A stretch of DNA of 64,000 bases from Nemertoderma westbladi (lineage: Eukaryota; Animalia; Xenacoelomorpha), in NCBI GenBank assembly GCA_032718475.1, contig JAUCBJ010006889.1:1-64000 (forward strand). Reading direction: 5' to 3'. Under the pieces are notes generated by a model. The model ran no database searches. It was not told the DNA's origin and saw only the letters and a list, made by a program, of their open reading frames with translations. Shown piece by piece: positions 63,268 through 64,000 of the stretch. Both the position numbers and the translations under genes were made by a program. Numbering within the stretch: position 1 is the stretch's first letter; every line of letters starts with the position of its first letter.

Positions 63268-64000
63268 CTTTAATTACTTTCTTAACTTTATTAAGGTGTA
63301 GTTTACTCTTAACTTATTGTAGAATCATTATATAGAAAATGAAATAGAAACAAATTATATTATACATTATGTTTTCATGCGGCTGCAATTGATTTGCATA
63401 TTTAAGCATTTAATCATGACGTAGAGGATGAAAAGTCTTCTGTAGCAACCATAAATTCGGTGTTCAAGTGATTTCGTCAGTGAGTGTCCAGGTCTCACCC
63501 CCGTACACCATGTCCCAGAATATAGTGTGGTAATACGTCCCCCCCCCCCCCCCCCACTAATTTTTCTACAAATCTTAATGAGATTGCATGACATTTGAAA
63601 CAGAGATAGTTTCACCTCCCGACCACTGACTGGGTGAGCCAGAATTTTTATTTTTGCTTTCAATCTTTAGCTACAAGCGTTAAAAAAAAGTGTCTCCAGC
63701 GATATTACACCAGTTACACCGCAGTTATTCTTCTACCTTATAGCTGTTTGTTGGTACCAATGGAAAGCTTGCGTTCCAAGGATTCCAAAGATGTAACACA
63801 ATTTGAATTTCTGTGGGATTATTTCACTACTAGGTAGCTATTTGTAATTAGTACTATGTAAAAAACTTTTAAAATCCGACGCATTTGCCTTGTTTTATAA
63901 TTTGTTATAATTCGTATATTACCTATGCTTATTATTATATTTCGGAATGAGTTGCTACTGGCGCAGTGGTCCAGTAGGTTAGTGCGCAGGTTACATTTAA

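Overview
Animal (probably invertebrate) genomic DNA made almost entirely of nested mobile elements and simple repeats, with one clear host gene at the right end: a single-ORF CFAP251/WDR66 (59302-63267). The main elements are: a young 17.35-kb BEL/Pao LTR retrotransposon (12729-30080; 1195-bp LTRs, ACAGC TSD, extra ORFs); a second, decayed BEL/Pao family (5' LTR 3586-4239 plus gag, and a related solo LTR at 30984-31532); CR1, L2/Crack, RTE, Proto2-like and CRE-like LINE remnants; a non-autonomous Polinton/Maverick (30154-40951, 6-bp TSD) containing hAT and piggyBac derivatives; an Academ derivative; Helentron-like elements; tRNA-derived SINE heads; and two hammerhead ribozyme motifs. The most striking observation concerns both BEL/Pao families. 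The primer-binding-site position right after the 5' LTR is not a tRNA-complementary TGG site. It is the exact reverse complement of a segment inside the element's own LTR (16 bp in one family, 10 bp in the other), embedded in further LTR base pairing. This points to tRNA-independent self-primed reverse transcription in BEL/Pao elements, a mechanism established for the Tf1/sushi Ty3/gypsy group. All calls were made by eye; no database search or folding program was run.
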